This document shows positions 9,727 through 23,669 of a stretch of 64,000 nt of DNA, one piece after another. This stretch comes from Pecten maximus. Its lineage: Eukaryota. Under the pieces are notes generated by a model. It made no database searches, had not been told where the DNA came from, and saw only the letters and a program-made list of their open reading frames with translations. Made by a program: the position numbers and the translations under genes. The DNA is taken from contig NC_047018.1 in the NCBI RefSeq assembly GCF_902652985.1, positions 36,580,001 to 36,644,000 on the forward strand, written 5' to 3'. How positions within the stretch are numbered: position 1 is the stretch's first letter; the number at the start of each line of letters is the position of its first letter.

Positions 9727-12700
9727 CTAAAACACAAAGTATCATGATGTAGTCTTACATATTTGTATGTGTTAGTTGTTCAAGACGATAACGACATTGT
9801 AGATTTGTTGCATTCTTAAGAATGTAATGTTTCATTCTATTTCACCCCTGGGAAGGACGGTTAAGTATACTTCATTTTAAAAATTCTGCGTTAATGTCCC
9901 ATCAGCAGGGAACCTTTTGGTTAATAATCAATCAACATCAAGCAGACGTTTGAATTAGTTTAACAGTGGAAACATTACGCAAAACCAAAACTGACACCCC
10001 ACCTCTCCCATCATTCTCAATATGCAATGAACCCCGATAGCCTGGAATGAATTATAAAAATAATGTACAAATATACGACAAAATGGTTTAATCGCTTTCT
10101 ATAATCGTAGTCATTAAAATGAAACGGTCGCAGCATCCAGGCCTTAGCCTAGAGCTTCCTTTCCCTGGGGCTACAGTGGTAGCTAGGTCGATGCCATTCG
10201 GTACGGATATTGTACCAACAGGAAACAACAAATAAACACTTTCTTATCATTCCACTTACCTTCATTACGAACACAAAAATGTAAAAATCCATTTTTGAAC
10301 ATTTGTCTCGTGTCCGTAAACTGATAAGAGATTTCGCGTAAATACTCTGGCAAACGTGAAATACACACAAACTCGCTAAAGCTCGTGTCTTTTCATAATT
10401 AGAAAATGAACTTACTCGAGTATGATGAAAATGATAAACAACCTCAACTCGTATCGGAAACTGTTTATTTAGTAACTCAAAGAAATAAGACGGAAAAGAT
10501 GAAGCAAGTTAATACAATATGTGTTTATTCAGAGAGGTTCTAAACAAAATAAATGATATGTTGATTGTATAGAAAAACATGAAATACATAACTAACCCTA
10601 TGAAATAACTGGTATCCTCGATATATTTCTTGGCAAACTTGAAGGCACATGAATAACTTTATGATCAGTGTCAGAAAAATTTAAAGCGATTATAACAATA
10701 GATTACATACTCACAAAACGGTGATTTTTTTTATCCCTGCTAAAATGTGAAATCAGTTTAAGATAGCGATATCCGAGCATAATACTGTTAAAAGTGTCCT
10801 ACAGATATATGTTTATAGGGTGTAAAACATTGTTTACTTTGGTTGTTGTTTAAACAATATGCTTCACGGTCAAAGTCGAATGAAGTCACGTGATTGCGTT
10901 AGACGAGTCTGCTCAGCGTTCTGTCAAAGAGCGGTAATATCTTAATTCTTGTAGGACTTGCCGAATTGTAATGTTATTGCTTTGCACTAATCTACATATT
11001 TACAAAACTGGATTGCGGACTCTTTTAATTTTTGCTATGAAGGGAAAGTCTTCGTTTTATGATGTACTTTTAAAGATATTAGGCCTGGTCATCTTTTCCA
11101 ACACTGATTTAACAGTAAAAGTCGTTTTAACGGCAATACCAACCCGATTTTGCTTGATGCATATCTCAGGATCAAACTAGTCCTTTTGAGACTGAACCTT
11201 CGATTTCTATGACATATTCCAGGGGTGCAGAGAGTAGACGTGACTGTAAGCCAATGAATATCGAGGATACGTAACTAGTGAATACTCACGTGATCCAAGG
11301 AAGTTGAATATTTGAGACATGTGACTGCTGACATCAGCCGAGTAGTCTTCTGTTCGTAGGAATAGAATTTGTTTCCTAGGAAACACCCGAAGCCACTGCT
11401 TCACATGTTCGGAGTAAAACCCAATGTGGATTCGAGCCTGATCAGAAAAATAGCACACAAAAAATGAACTTTTTATATTGATGTAAAATATCAGAATTAA
11501 CGTACCTATCAATTTTTATTTTTTTCCGCATATAATCGATCACTGTCTCTTTGTCACCGGATATTATCTATCCCTGTACCTGTATTGTAGATACATATAG
11601 TTATTAACAATATACACAAAGTATTACAACACGATCCTTTGTATGACCATCTATTGTTATAATACACACAATAATGATTTATAACAAAACGATCGTTTGT
11701 ATGAGCATCTATTGTTATACTACGTAAAATGATAATAATGATAATTTGATAAGGATATTGCAGCATTTGTTAAGCTACCACTTACCGCCCTATTCCATAA
11801 TTGGTGTTGTTCGTTGCCTGTTAAACATGTCAACATGGAATTGTTTCTCAAACATTGATTCAGAATCGCAATGGAAGCGACAACAGAATTATGGAAATGA
11901 AGTGAAGAATCGCCGGCCAACCGCATGAAGTAGTAATCCGAGTACAGCCTGTAATAATTTAAACCCTGGATTTGTGTTACTATGTTATATATCAAATAAT
12001 TAGCACAATGTATCATATGCACTATGATCAAAAAGTAAAGATATATATATAATTGGTCATGTAATCATGAAACAGTTACACAAGTTTATATCGTTATATT
12101 TGTGTTGATGATCAGAGTAAAACTACCATGTCGACTAGAAACATACATGTACATGAATGAGTAGTGTAAAATTTCTATTTGATATGTAATGTTTTCTTTA
12201 TTTCATATGTGGTAATTTTTGACTACATAATCCATTCACAACACACAGCTCGCCAACGAACCTTGGCGATCTAGTTTTGTACTGTGGGAATCACTATGGT
12301 CACGTGGTATTTTACCTGTATTTTCAGCCCAGACTCTCGCTGTACGTGGCCTATGTCAGGATAAGAGGAAAATGACCAGACTTCTTTTAAGATAATGAAT
12401 TGCCTTAATGTATGGAATAGTGATAAAGTGGGCCCTGTCCATTCATAGGGCGAATTACCTTTCCACAGGATTTCTCATGATCATGATGAACTTCGTGTTT
12501 TTATTGACGTGCCTGACAAGGTCAGGGGTTAAAACCTGTGGTTCCTTAAGACCCTTGTTTTGTGGGATCTGTGTCCATCCTCGGAAATCCCAAGCGTCCA
12601 TAGGTGACCCATCCCCTACATAAATATACAATAAAGGGTGATTAGAAAGACGGGCCTCAAAGGAACTTTGAAAATACGTAGCTTCTGTTGAATGCTGTAA

Positions 12701-15700
12701 GCTTCGTAAATATATTGTGTAGTTAAGAATCAATACTTCTAAAACACAGTTAATTGCTTATGAAATAGATATCTGAATAAAGATAAAAAGATATGTATCA
12801 GAAATGGAATCTCGGATTTCAACTGTATTTATATAGCAATAAAGACGCCAATCTAAGAAGACTATATGCTAAGTAAGATTCTATGAGCATGAATAAATAA
12901 TATCCTAACACACTTAAAGAGTCGGTTACGGTTGTAATAATATTGAAAACGAAATACGCTTTTTCTATAGATATAATTTATATGATCAAGCTAGAGAGAT
13001 ATATCTCGATAAGATGTTATTGAATATGCCAAAACAAAAATCAAACAAAAAAAACAAAAAAAACCTTACTACCATTTTGTCAGCTGGGAACTCTTAAGTC
13101 TATACGAAGAACTATTCGTTCAATAGGCATTTTGAGACATTTCTATATTTTACACCTGTGACACCGAAGACGCTTTTGAGCTTTTCATCCGTGCGCCGGA
13201 TTTTGCTGAGGTGATGGCGATATGGATATTATCAGAATAGGCTTTTTTTTTATTTATCTTTTATGTATTTTGATTATTTCATTTATGGTGAGGATAAGAT
13301 ATTGTTCAATTGAAGTTGTTTCGAATAGTCATCAACTTAACAGGTCTACGATTATTTTTTAATGGAAGGATTTTATGCTGCTCGATCAATACGTTACATG
13401 TCATTTCTGGTTTCTTTAAAGGGTCGAGGAAACCGGATTGAACGCAGAAAAAGCTCCAAGCCAAGAAACAGACATTTTCTTCACATTAGCCCAAGCTGAC
13501 AACTAGAACACATTTAATGTCTATATCGCGAGGAGGAAACACAACCGGCACCAAATTGTAAATTCCTTGTTCTCCATTTGCCACAGGAAAAAAAATAGAA
13601 AAAATACCTCAACCGTGTTTTCAACCCTATCTTTCGTGTTCATTTTCTATATGAAATATCGTAATGTATTATAGTGTACATGTATGCTATATGTACTGAT
13701 GACCTGTAAAGGTCAGTGTCAATAAATGAATTGAATAAACACGTAATTGAATATAACAATACAACAAATCGAGATTTTAATAGAAATGTAATGCACATAC
13801 AATATATATGTTACTAAAATCATTTCATATCAATTCATACTTACCCGTTATGGCGAAATGAAAACCGTTTTCGTCTGTTTTAGTTGGAGAATCAATCACC
13901 AAAGCAGGCTTGTTAAAGAGATTTAGATAATCCTCAAAAGTTTTCTTTTTTGCTTTCCTGATAAGAGTCGTTCCTGTAAAATGAAACGTTAAAGATTAGT
14001 CCCTGTTAGTACACACGATATTAATAATATAACAGTAACGATAGTGGTAACACAGGAATTTGGCCATCGTATCAGGGACTCTTTCCCAATACCATGTCAA
14101 ATATACAAATAACAAAATGGTTTCATAAGGCGAAAAGAAGTACACATTACAAAGAGAAGTAGTGGAGCTATGCACCCTCTTTCCAGAACAAAAACATAAT
14201 GAAATACTAGAATGAATAGTAATAATATAGCATGCCTGCTGATTTTACTACTTGCTGAAAGCTTATATATTTTAGTGATTTGTCGCACTTATAGAAATAT
14301 TCTAAATTAATATTGTGCTGGAACTTGCGAAGAAGTACAGTCTTCACAACGCTTACCTTTTACAAAATATCTCATATTTGTTAAATTTAAGTTCGACAAA
14401 ATAAGTTGATTGATGGCATCCCTTTGATGAGCTGAAGTCCCTATTCAGGTGATTTACCATAGTGAAATAAGAAATAGTGAATGCATGAGAAAAGTCTTCA
14501 AGTGAAATGGAACTGATTGCTGTGACAAATTGTTTACATTTGGTTTATTTTTATTTCACTTCCTATCACGTGGTAGCCACCTACCGTAGCGTATCCAGCT
14601 CCACCACCTCGTTTCCTTTCCCACTACTCCTTGGTTCCCTAAAATATCCGGGTGTTGGGTGATCCGGTCAAATAGATCAGTAGAACCGCTCTTACTCATA
14701 CCTATTTGCATAAAGTAAGGGAGGCACCGAAGCCGTCCATCACCATTCCTCCAACATGGGTTCTTGTAGTCGGGCAGGAACGATGGCATTTCCTAAATGT
14801 TTATAAACATCTAGCTGTCATAAGTACGTTCTACAATATTTAGAAACGTTGGTGATATACCTGCATATAGATGTATATCTAAAAGAAATTGTTATTGTCG
14901 CGCCGCCGGAAATGTAACACAACAATTTCTTTCACCAACGGTAGAAATTTTATCATAAATAAAGAAGTTCCCTGATGGTAGGTAACATATACTAACACGA
15001 TAATATTGTAATACCAGTCACTTAAATGAATGGCCTTAGGGAATATATGTATAAAATAATATATTGAAACTAGTAGTGAATACGGATAAAACTACAATGG
15101 TTAGAAATAGTGTTCATATAAAATAAAATGAATGCTGGAAATATAATGACATGGATATTGGGATCGTAGACCTTTTTTGTTATATTGGTGCCCTGTTTAG
15201 ATTTAATAATAAGTTTACCCATATGATTAAGCATGTAGCTGATCAGAGTCGTAATACACTTTTCGCTTTACGGTCCAAATTTAGATATTGTTAGACTTTT
15301 TGATAAATGTGTTGGCAATTATTTTTAAAATATGCTTGTGAAGTATGGGGGAGGTCTAATTACACAGTAATAGAAAAGAATTAGATTTCTGTAACAATCC
15401 ACTTGGTGTCAAGAAACCTACCTGTAATGCTATGGTTTATGTTGAATAAGGTCGATTTTCATTGGAAAATGAGCACATTTTTAGAATGATGAAATAGTGG
15501 TTTAAGTTATTCAATCACGATAACTGTATTTCAAATAAAGTTGACAGATTTTTTTTTTTTTTTAATTTGTCGGTTACTTGGATTGGGTTTTATATGAATG
15601 AGACATTCTGACATCGGCGTATTACACTTGATCAATCAGCGTTTAGAGGATCAGGCTAATCAAACCGTATTTAACTCTTTAAATATGTCTAGTAAATGTG

Positions 15701-17073
15701 ATATATGTAAGTCCCTCATAGAAAATGTCACTTTACAACGTTACTAAACTAAATGATTATGTAAACAACATAGAATTGCAATAACTAATATGCGTTTGTC
15801 TGAGCCTAATCTTGCTATGGAAGTGTGTAGTAGAAGAGACATTGTAATGAATAATAGACGTTGTTTCAACTGTACACAAAGCGAAATTGTACTTGTATGT
15901 CCTTAGTATTCAGATTTAAGGAAGATATTTATCAAAAAGTATTCTTGCCATTAACCATATGTATTTTAAACTTTAAATTTACTGAATTCAAATAACATAA
16001 AGGAACTACATAGATTGGGTAAATTCATGGTACAGGTTAAAATGTGTTTAGATATTTTGCAAATATATCGATAGTATATTATATATATGTTCATTTTTTT
16101 AGAATTATTTGCTATGAGTAATAAGTATCATCATATATACATGTAACGAAATAGATTGATCTTTATATCAAGTACCTTATGTAATATTTATATCATGTAT
16201 GTTCATGTTGATCTTCATGTGTTATCCTTTTTATCTATTATGTTTGTACAAAACTGATTGGCTGTCAAGCCAAAGGTAACGAAATGAATTGAATATAATG
16301 TGGCATAAATGGCATTGTGATATGAAATTGGAAATTCATATTTGTCTTCCTTGAACTTTCTTTATCTGTTTCCTTTCCTCCTGAATTCTCTCTATTATTT
16401 GACTATATGATGTGTATATTTAGATGTAATTGACGCTGTCAATGTTGTAGTTATGTATTTATTGAGGGGATGGCTTAAAACATTTATTAGACTGCATGGT
16501 ATGTTGGCAAACTAGGAATCGTCGCCTACCTTCTAATATTATCTTCAATTAAATGGGGTGTTCTCTGAACGCTTACATATTTTCCAACAATAGCCAAGAG
16601 TTGTTTTAGGAACCAATAGAAAAAAAGTATATATATATACTGTTTCATATAAGTTTTTTTACACAGTATTTTACACAGCCATGTCCAGATTCGAGCAAAT
16701 ACACATTTGGTCTAATTTTGCAATTATTGGCTAATTTTTATAATACCCGATAACATTTTCGTAACGCTGAAAATATTTCAATTTTGAGTCTAATCAGAAA
16801 AATGAAATTGCCGACAGACAGTTATCTTGGATTTTGACTGTTGAAGTTTGTAAACTTTATTTCTTGAACACTTACCATACACAGCAGGTCTTCTGTAGTT
16901 GACAGGGTCTTGTTTGGCAGACAAATAGGCTTGGTGATCGCGTACTCTCGTATTTCTGTAACAAAGGCCTTTTGCAAAAATCGGCTTTTATTTGTTAACT
17001 GAAATAACCAGACCAGGGACAGTAATCCAGCCAGCACTAACACAGTTAGATGTTTTCGATTCCGACGCATCAT
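9536..17073 (-). CDS. CHST15: Carbohydrate sulfotransferase 15-like (GalNAc4S-6-O-sulfotransferase), 7 coding exons, 397 aa
   Basis: join(17073-16876, 14792-14585, 13973-13845, 12615-12459, 11948-11786, 11437-11290, 9726-9536) = 1194 nt. All introns are GT-AG with consistent phases 0,1,1,2,0,1. Type II TM anchor, KNPCW..RCLPYF motif, 5'-PSB IGMSKSGSTDLF, 3'-PB IMRNPVERLYSDY, C-terminal ML.KTRELL..LYEPYN.KLA.IL..RFLW. Family call is firm; exact orthology is not established. Confidence 0.88.
11290..11437 (-). CDS. CHST15: CHST15-like coding exon 6
   Basis: CAG|ARIHIGFYSEHVKQWLRVFPRKQILFLRTEDY...IFNFLGS|GTGAGT. Confidence 0.9.
11786..11948 (-). CDS. CHST15: CHST15-like coding exon 5
   Basis: TTACAG|RLYSDYYF...LNQCL..SMLTCL...LWNRA|GTAAGT. 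Confidence 0.88.
12459..12615 (-). CDS. CHST15: CHST15-like coding exon 4
   Basis: TGTAG|GDGSPMDAWDFRGW...KFIMIMRNPVER|GTAATT. Confidence 0.9.
13845..13973 (-). CDS. CHST15: CHST15-like coding exon 3 (not in the ORF track)
   Basis: TTTACAG|GTTLIRKAKKKTFEDYLNLFNKPALVIDSPTKTDENGFHFAIT G|GTAAGT. 129 bp, phase 1-1. Confidence 0.88.
14585..14792 (-). CDS. CHST15: CHST15-like coding exon 2 (5'-PSB loop)
   Basis: TTTAG|EMPSFLPDYKNPCW...IGMSKSGSTDLFDRI...KETRWWSWIRY G|GTAGGT. Confidence 0.9.
15130..16050 (+). pseudogene. Decayed non-LTR retrotransposon ORF2 3' part (RTE-X/CR1-group-like, clade uncertain), intronic and antisense to the gene
   Basis: Broken frames give IKHVADQSR..LFALR, YACEVWG, LGVKKPTCNAMVYVE*GRFSL, RLSEPNLAMEV, LVCP*YSDLRKIFIKKY. 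Confidence 0.8.
16876..17073 (-). CDS. CHST15: CHST15-like coding exon 1 (signal anchor)
   Basis: MMRRNRKHLTVLVLAGLLSLVWLFQ...EDLLCM|GTAAGT. An acceptor TTTACAG ending at 17082 implies an upstream non-coding exon. Confidence 0.85.
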
Positions 17074-17945
17074 GTGGTGATCTGTAAACAACAATTGATT
17101 GAAAATAGATTCCTGTGTATTTTCGGTAATTTTTTGTTCCTTGTGAAAAAGCGAAGTATTTGTGTAAAGTTATAATCTTTACGTTGATACACAATTGTAC
17201 CAATTTAGTAAATCAACTCCCAATAAAAGTAATAAGATTAAGTTTTCCCCTTTAACACAGCATCCATAACACTCCGTTATGTAATACTAATTGAACGAGC
17301 ATGGACGATTCTCCAGTGTAGCATAATAAGACTATTAGCGCTGACGTATTTTATTAGTACTTTTAACTTCTTTCAGTAGATCAACACGGCACAGAAGATG
17401 TAATAGAGCTGAGTATTTCAAACAGAGGTCTCAAACAAAAAGGTCCATAAAGCAGGTTATTTCAAACCAGGAGTGTGTTATACAAGGTATTTATAACAAG
17501 ATTCAACAACTTATAACTAGTGATATGTTCGAATATTTATTTAATCCTGTCGAAAATCTGAAATCCGGACATTTTCATAAAAAGCTTTATTTGTTATGAT
17601 TTGAAATGTTACACCATGCATATAGAATGTATATCGCGTATGTTTTTAATTATAAACTAAAGACGAAATGTATTGACAACAAAATATCGCGATGGATATT
17701 TCAGATTATTGCAGTGTTAACATAATAATGATAGGCTGTATATACCGGTTCACTACATTTAATAACGACTGGTTTGTTTTCAAAGTGATTTCTGTTGACA
17801 ATAAATATATAAACTTTCCAAGTAGAAGAACATAGGCATTCATTAATTCAAAGTATAATCAATTTTATTTCAAAAAACTTCAAATATCAATTTCGTGAAT
17901 ATAGAAATTGTACTTGGATATCTAAGGTATCGCAGACCTTTACAT

Positions 17946-18157
17946 ACTACACAAATCACATAACTAACATGTCGTACTACACAAATCACATAACTAACAT
18001 GTCGTACTACACAAATCACATAACTAACATGTCGTACTACACAAATCACATAACTAACATGTCGTACTACACAAATCACATAACTAACATGTCGTACTAC
18101 ACAAATCACATAACTAACATGTCGTACTACACAAATCACATAACTAACATGTCGTAC
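17946..18157 (+). repeat. Perfect 30-bp minisatellite, ~7 copies
   Basis: (TACTACACAAATCACATAACTAACATGTCG)n, identical copies. Confidence 0.97.
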
Positions 18158-20469
18158 CAACCAGTCCTATCACTCTTTACTGGTTTTACTGGCTTGTTTT
18201 CAAGACGTTCTTATCTTAACTGTAAGATACTTTTCGATAAATATAGCTCAGATTCACTGTTCACTCTCATATCCGATACAGTTAATGGAAATATGTAATA
18301 ATGTACATACAGACAGTAGTCCAGTACAGTAGGCCCCGGATCAGGATATTTGGCCAGTAGCTTGCAGTGGAATAGGGTTATAAAAAGTTTGACTAAATGG
18401 ATGATCTTGACATACTTTCAAGGTCACAAGGGTAAGATATGTTCAAACATGTGTGCAGCTTAGTACTCAAAATGTCCTGGGTCATAATATATTGGTTCAG
18501 CAACATGTTGGAGTTCGCTTAAATGAATGTAATTTACCTGCTTTCCAGGTCATAATGGTCAAATGTGGTAAAATCATGTCTTGTCTCTGTCAATAACAAA
18601 GAATCTAAGGAATAGGTTTATCTTATTAGGCCAGTATGATTCTGGCTGACGGAATATGTGATTTCACAAAGGTAAACATATGTATATCGCAAATGACATG
18701 AGTACTCTTTATTTATAGAAGCAATCATACTCGACAAAGTTGTTTACTGTTACGTTTCTTTACAGCAAAATCTTAAACTGAAAGTCTTACTTAACTGATC
18801 TGTACATAAAATGTAATAGTTTTGAAATTCAGTCTTGGCATATTTTCTTTTCATCAAAATTTCATCCATAATATTTTTCGCTCATTACTGATACAGACAA
18901 TTTACTCAATTTGATTGGTTTTAATGAGACTTAAAATAAAACTTTTTTTGTTCTCGAAATCTCATCTTCGCTTCAAGCTTACCTTGTAAGTAAATAATAA
19001 TATTGAAAATACGTTACCCTGGTAAGTTAGGTGTATATCCAATCACAGTTATCCGTAGTATGATGGCCGCGTGGATCGTCCAGTAATACTACCTAACGTT
19101 GTAATAGCTCTCGCCTTATGTCTCTGAAGATAATATCGGTCGTCTTGAGGGCATATTGTATATACATTACGACAAGCATACCTAACGTGTTTTAACTGTT
19201 AACACATAATACAGTCCTCGTTCACCTGTACAGTTTAAATTCGATAGTATTCATTTAGAATGTAAAATAATTGATACATGAAAGCTTAGCCATCAAAACA
19301 ATTAATTAGAAATACATTCAATACGGGATTTTACAAGTCATCTTAGAATGCAGTTTAGCTTTTGCAAAAGAAAAATGCATTTAAATATAATATGCTACGG
19401 GATGCTTTGTTTCGAGCCGACTATTGACTAAGGGTACAGACTTACATTGCCGTGCCAAAAGCGAGGCCTATTAATTCTCTTCGGCCTGTACACAGAATGA
19501 ATATCCTTTTGTTTGTTTTTATTTGTTTGTTGCTTCGTCCTCTTTCATTTAATTTTGTTTTGTGTTGAACATATTTATTTGGGAACAGTAGTGACATAAT
19601 GATATGATACCAGTTATTACAATATGTATTTATAAAGGCCTTTTCCTTTAGAAAATACATCAAGATTATTTACTGAAATCTAACAAGAACGAAGAGTAAT
19701 ATCAACGAAAATGAACAAAGTAAACAATAAATAAAAAATGTTGTTTCACCTTTCTTATATCATATTGTTCTGAAGTATCTTTTAAATAATCTATTTTAGA
19801 AATTGAATGCTTTTGGTATAAGATGAAACAATGATAAAACACAGGAAATATTGATAGGGAGCGAAAAATATAGCGAGGACACCATATTACCTGAAATTAC
19901 AATGGGGAAAGGTTAAATTCACACTTCTTGGGGTTGAATTATGTGTCAATCTTCATGAAATTCCAAACTAAATCGATAAAAAAAAAAGCAAAATCAAATC
20001 CATTGTCAAGACAAGAATAGAAGGTCTCTTAATCTATGGGGAAAATTCATTTGATAAAATCATTAATGATATCTCAATTTAATAATTTATGTATGGCTTT
20101 GCCAAATGTATATGATCAATTCCTGAATAAACTGAATTCAGTCCCTTTTTAGTTTCTTTTTATTGGATAGCAAACTGACAAAGTTAAAAGAGGTACTGTT
20201 AATCAGAATTATTTAATTATTTTGACGGAGGACTAGAAATGGTAGATACAATGGTATGTATATATTCCTTAATACTAGGATAGATAAGAAGACTGTATCA
20301 AAACCTGCTAAAAAGCAAGTTAGTCTGAAAACATACATAGATCTGCAACAGTTACCTACCTTTGATAATGTTTATATAGTTCTGGGAGGATTTTATTGGA
20401 TAAGGTTTAACGAAAAGGTAAGAGGATAAAATATTAAAAGCGAGTCCGATAAAGGAACGCGTGGTAGAT

Positions 20470-21356
20470 ATCAGTTGGAGGTAATGGAGTCCGTGGTAGA
20501 ATTGAGACTTGACACCAAAGTACGAGCGACATGTTCTGTAAACAGATCATCAATTAATGGCATCCCTAGATATTCACGCCGAGGTTTTTATGTTGTAAGT
20601 AATAAACTGATCAAAAATGCGAATTATCATATTTTTTCTTCATTGGCGTATTGTACATTAAACTTGAGATTTACAAGCGACGAATCGTTTAGCAAGTGGA
20701 TAAGGAATAATGTTTTGATAGTCTGTCTGCCTTATACAATAAAACTAAACAATTATCTATTATAAAGAAGAAAAGAGAGATCTTTTTTAAAGTAGTTGTT
20801 ATTAGGAATGAAAAATCGAACGTTCAATTTTACAATGCTGAGCCACTTACAGAACTGTACAAACCCACGGATACTTTAAATTGAGATGTTGTAAATGAAA
20901 CGTATAATTAAAATGGTTTCCATCCGAGTCAAAAAGCGTGATAAATGTAAGTTGGCATAGCCTTTTTCCAAGTTATTGAATGATAAGTAGTGTACATTTC
21001 ATTTTTTAATCAATCGATCGATTTTTAAAAATTATAATAAGAAACCTGTCAGATGAAATAATCATTGACGATTAAAACATATCGACATGTTTTGTTTTGT
21101 TTTTCTCTGTGAATCCGTGTATCCATGTGTCACACTAAACAACAAATGTATATATCACAGCTCTGGTATATACGTATCCGATAAAACAATTCTTTAGATT
21201 TGTTTGCAACCTTATAAAGCTGCAGCATTATCGCAATCCTACATCATTATAATGAAATATTATGAACATTCCGGAACAAGCCATATTCCATCAAACCTGT
21301 CCAAATCTATAATTGAATCTGAATAAAATTACATACCTTAACAGCCGAGATGGGAT

Positions 21357-21390
<34 letters not shown>

Positions 21391-23245
21391 CATCGTTGTA
21401 TAACACTATAACACCGTTCGCAACATCCTCATTGGTCGAATCCTTTTGGTGTTTCTACGAACAAATTCGTCTGGGTTAATACTTATTTTCCTCGTAAGAT
21501 TCAAACTGCAAATCAATCATACACTATACGTCTCAAATTGTCATTTATGAAAATGGCTTACTATGTTCCTGGTAAAAAAATATTTAGATCAGATTGAACT
21601 TCGGTAAAAATGACACCCCTCGTAGTTTATTTCAATTACAAAAGTTATATATCGTTTTAAAACATTCTTCTTGAAGGCAAATGGCAGATTTTCTTATGTT
21701 GGAATGGGACATTAACTGCAGATATCATTTTCCAATCTTCATTCAACCTCGATATCCATGTATAGCACAGATAATTGGCATACATGCATTATATATTAAA
21801 GTTAATTCTAGATGTATACTGTGTTTTGGTGAGAGTTACTTCCCTTCCCTCACAGTGAGCAAAGTGTGGAGATCAGGAATTTTTTTTTTTTTTTTTTTTT
21901 TTGTGCGGTTTATTTTATATCAAGCGGCATGATATATTGTATATTATAATTTAACGAATGTTAATCTAACCACCAAAATGTCTGAAAATGTGCTATACAC
22001 GCTAGGAAAGGTTCAACTACACATAGAGTGGTCCCTGTGGTAATTACCTGAGAATGATGAACACATAAAAATAAAAATAAAACAAAAAGATATGGTTTTA
22101 TGTGTAACATAACAAGCCATTGTCATAAATGACAATTTTGAGTTCTATAGTATATTGAGGTTGATATGCAGTATGCATATCAGAAGGAAAACAGATATTA
22201 ACCGAGACGGATTTATGGTTAAAATCAATCATCAAATACGTGTTCACTTTTGTAAAAACTATTCAGTTATATTGGGTATGAAACTATGTTGTTTGTACAC
22301 ACGCCAAAAAGATTTTGTTGAATTAAGCTCTGATCACTGTGACGTAACAATTGAAAGACGACATCATCTAGAAAACACAAACCTGGCTTTTCTTAAAATA
22401 GCAATAAAAGCATGTGAGAAGATCCGACCAAAGAGGACAACAGTGTTGTACAGCCTTAAATTCCAGTCCTAGGTTGCCAATGTATGTTATCATATTTAGA
22501 ATTATAGATTTGAACAGGTTTTATAGAATACGGCTTGCTCCGAAATGTTTTCATTATAATGATGTAAGATTGCGATAATGCTGGAAATTCATTTGATTGT
22601 TAAAATATCTCAAGAATTGTTTTATGTAATACATATAGCAGGGTATCGTAAAAAGCTATAGTCGTCAATGTTTATTTCATCCGACAGGTTTTCTTTTCTA
22701 AAGATCGATTGATTAAAAAAAGAAAAAGTACACTGTTAATCTCTTAATTTCGTGAAAAAAAAGGTTATGTCAACTTACTTTTAGCTTGTTTGCCCGGGTG
22801 GAAGCAACCGATATGTTCATTTAATAATTCCAGTAACAACATCCAGACTGAAAGTATCAGTGGTTTGTACAGTCCTCTAAGTGGCTCAGGATTGTAAAAT
22901 TGAACAAGTTAATTTAGAAAATTAGGAGGAATTCCGTTTTTTTAATTTCCCTTTTTAAAATCGTTTTCATCTTTCTGATAGGTAATATGTGAGTTTCATT
23001 GTATAATACAGACTTGCTAACAAACATTATTTGTGGTGTTGAATTATTTGTGAAGTTATCCAGTTTCTAAGCGATTCATCGGTTGTAAATCTCAAGTTTC
23101 ATGTACAATATGCCAAAGAAGAAAAAAAATGATAACTCACATTTTTGATTAGTTTATAACATGAAGACCTTGGTGTGAATATCTAGTGTCGCCATTTATT
23201 GATGAACTGCTGCTACCACGGACTCCATATTACCTCAGACTGACA
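20470..23245. mobile_element. ~600-bp diverged inverted repeat pair (20470-21073 and 22660-23245); possible long-TIR DNA element
   Basis: GGAGTCCGTGGTAG/CTACCACGGACTCC, AAACTTGAGATTTACAA/TTGTAAATCTCAAGTTT, TTCAATTTTACAAT/ATTGTAAAATTGAA and AAACCTGTC.GATGAAATAA/TTATTTCATC.GACAGGTTT match in mirror order. Confidence 0.7.
21357..21389 (+). repeat. Poly-G tract
   Basis: About 33 consecutive G. Confidence 0.95.
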
Positions 23246-23669
23246 TTTTGGATCATTTCATTTCAATATACTTTATTGAACTGTTGAGTTAAATAATAAA
23301 AATTAGTTGGATCGCATATCAGAAAAAAAATTGTATAAATTCTCACTCCGGTAATGACAACAGCAATTAGGAAAGTCAATAGAATGGAGTGACATTTATA
23401 GATTGACTTTCAAATGAAAGCAATGAATGAAAATGTCACACCAGTTCAGTTTTTTAGTAAGATAACTGAAATACATTTTAGATTTTTTAAAAAGAAACCA
23501 ATGCTATAAAAGGAAGGTCATGCAAGTTATATCATAAAACAAAGCATGCATAACTATTGTTTAATACCATGCAGTTATTAGATATTGACCAAGAAATCTT
23601 GTATGCTTGCTACATCCATATCGTTTTATGTATTTACGTTTAGCCAATTGCAAGCACAAATGTAAGAGT

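Noticed and set aside
13390-13560. Possible SINE remnant (GAGGAAACCGGA..GCAGAAAA)
   Set aside because: Too decayed to define boundaries, A/B boxes or a TSD by eye.
17870-18298. ORFs with VVRHVSYVIC / MSYYTNHITN repeats
   Set aside because: Artefact of the perfect 30-bp VNTR.
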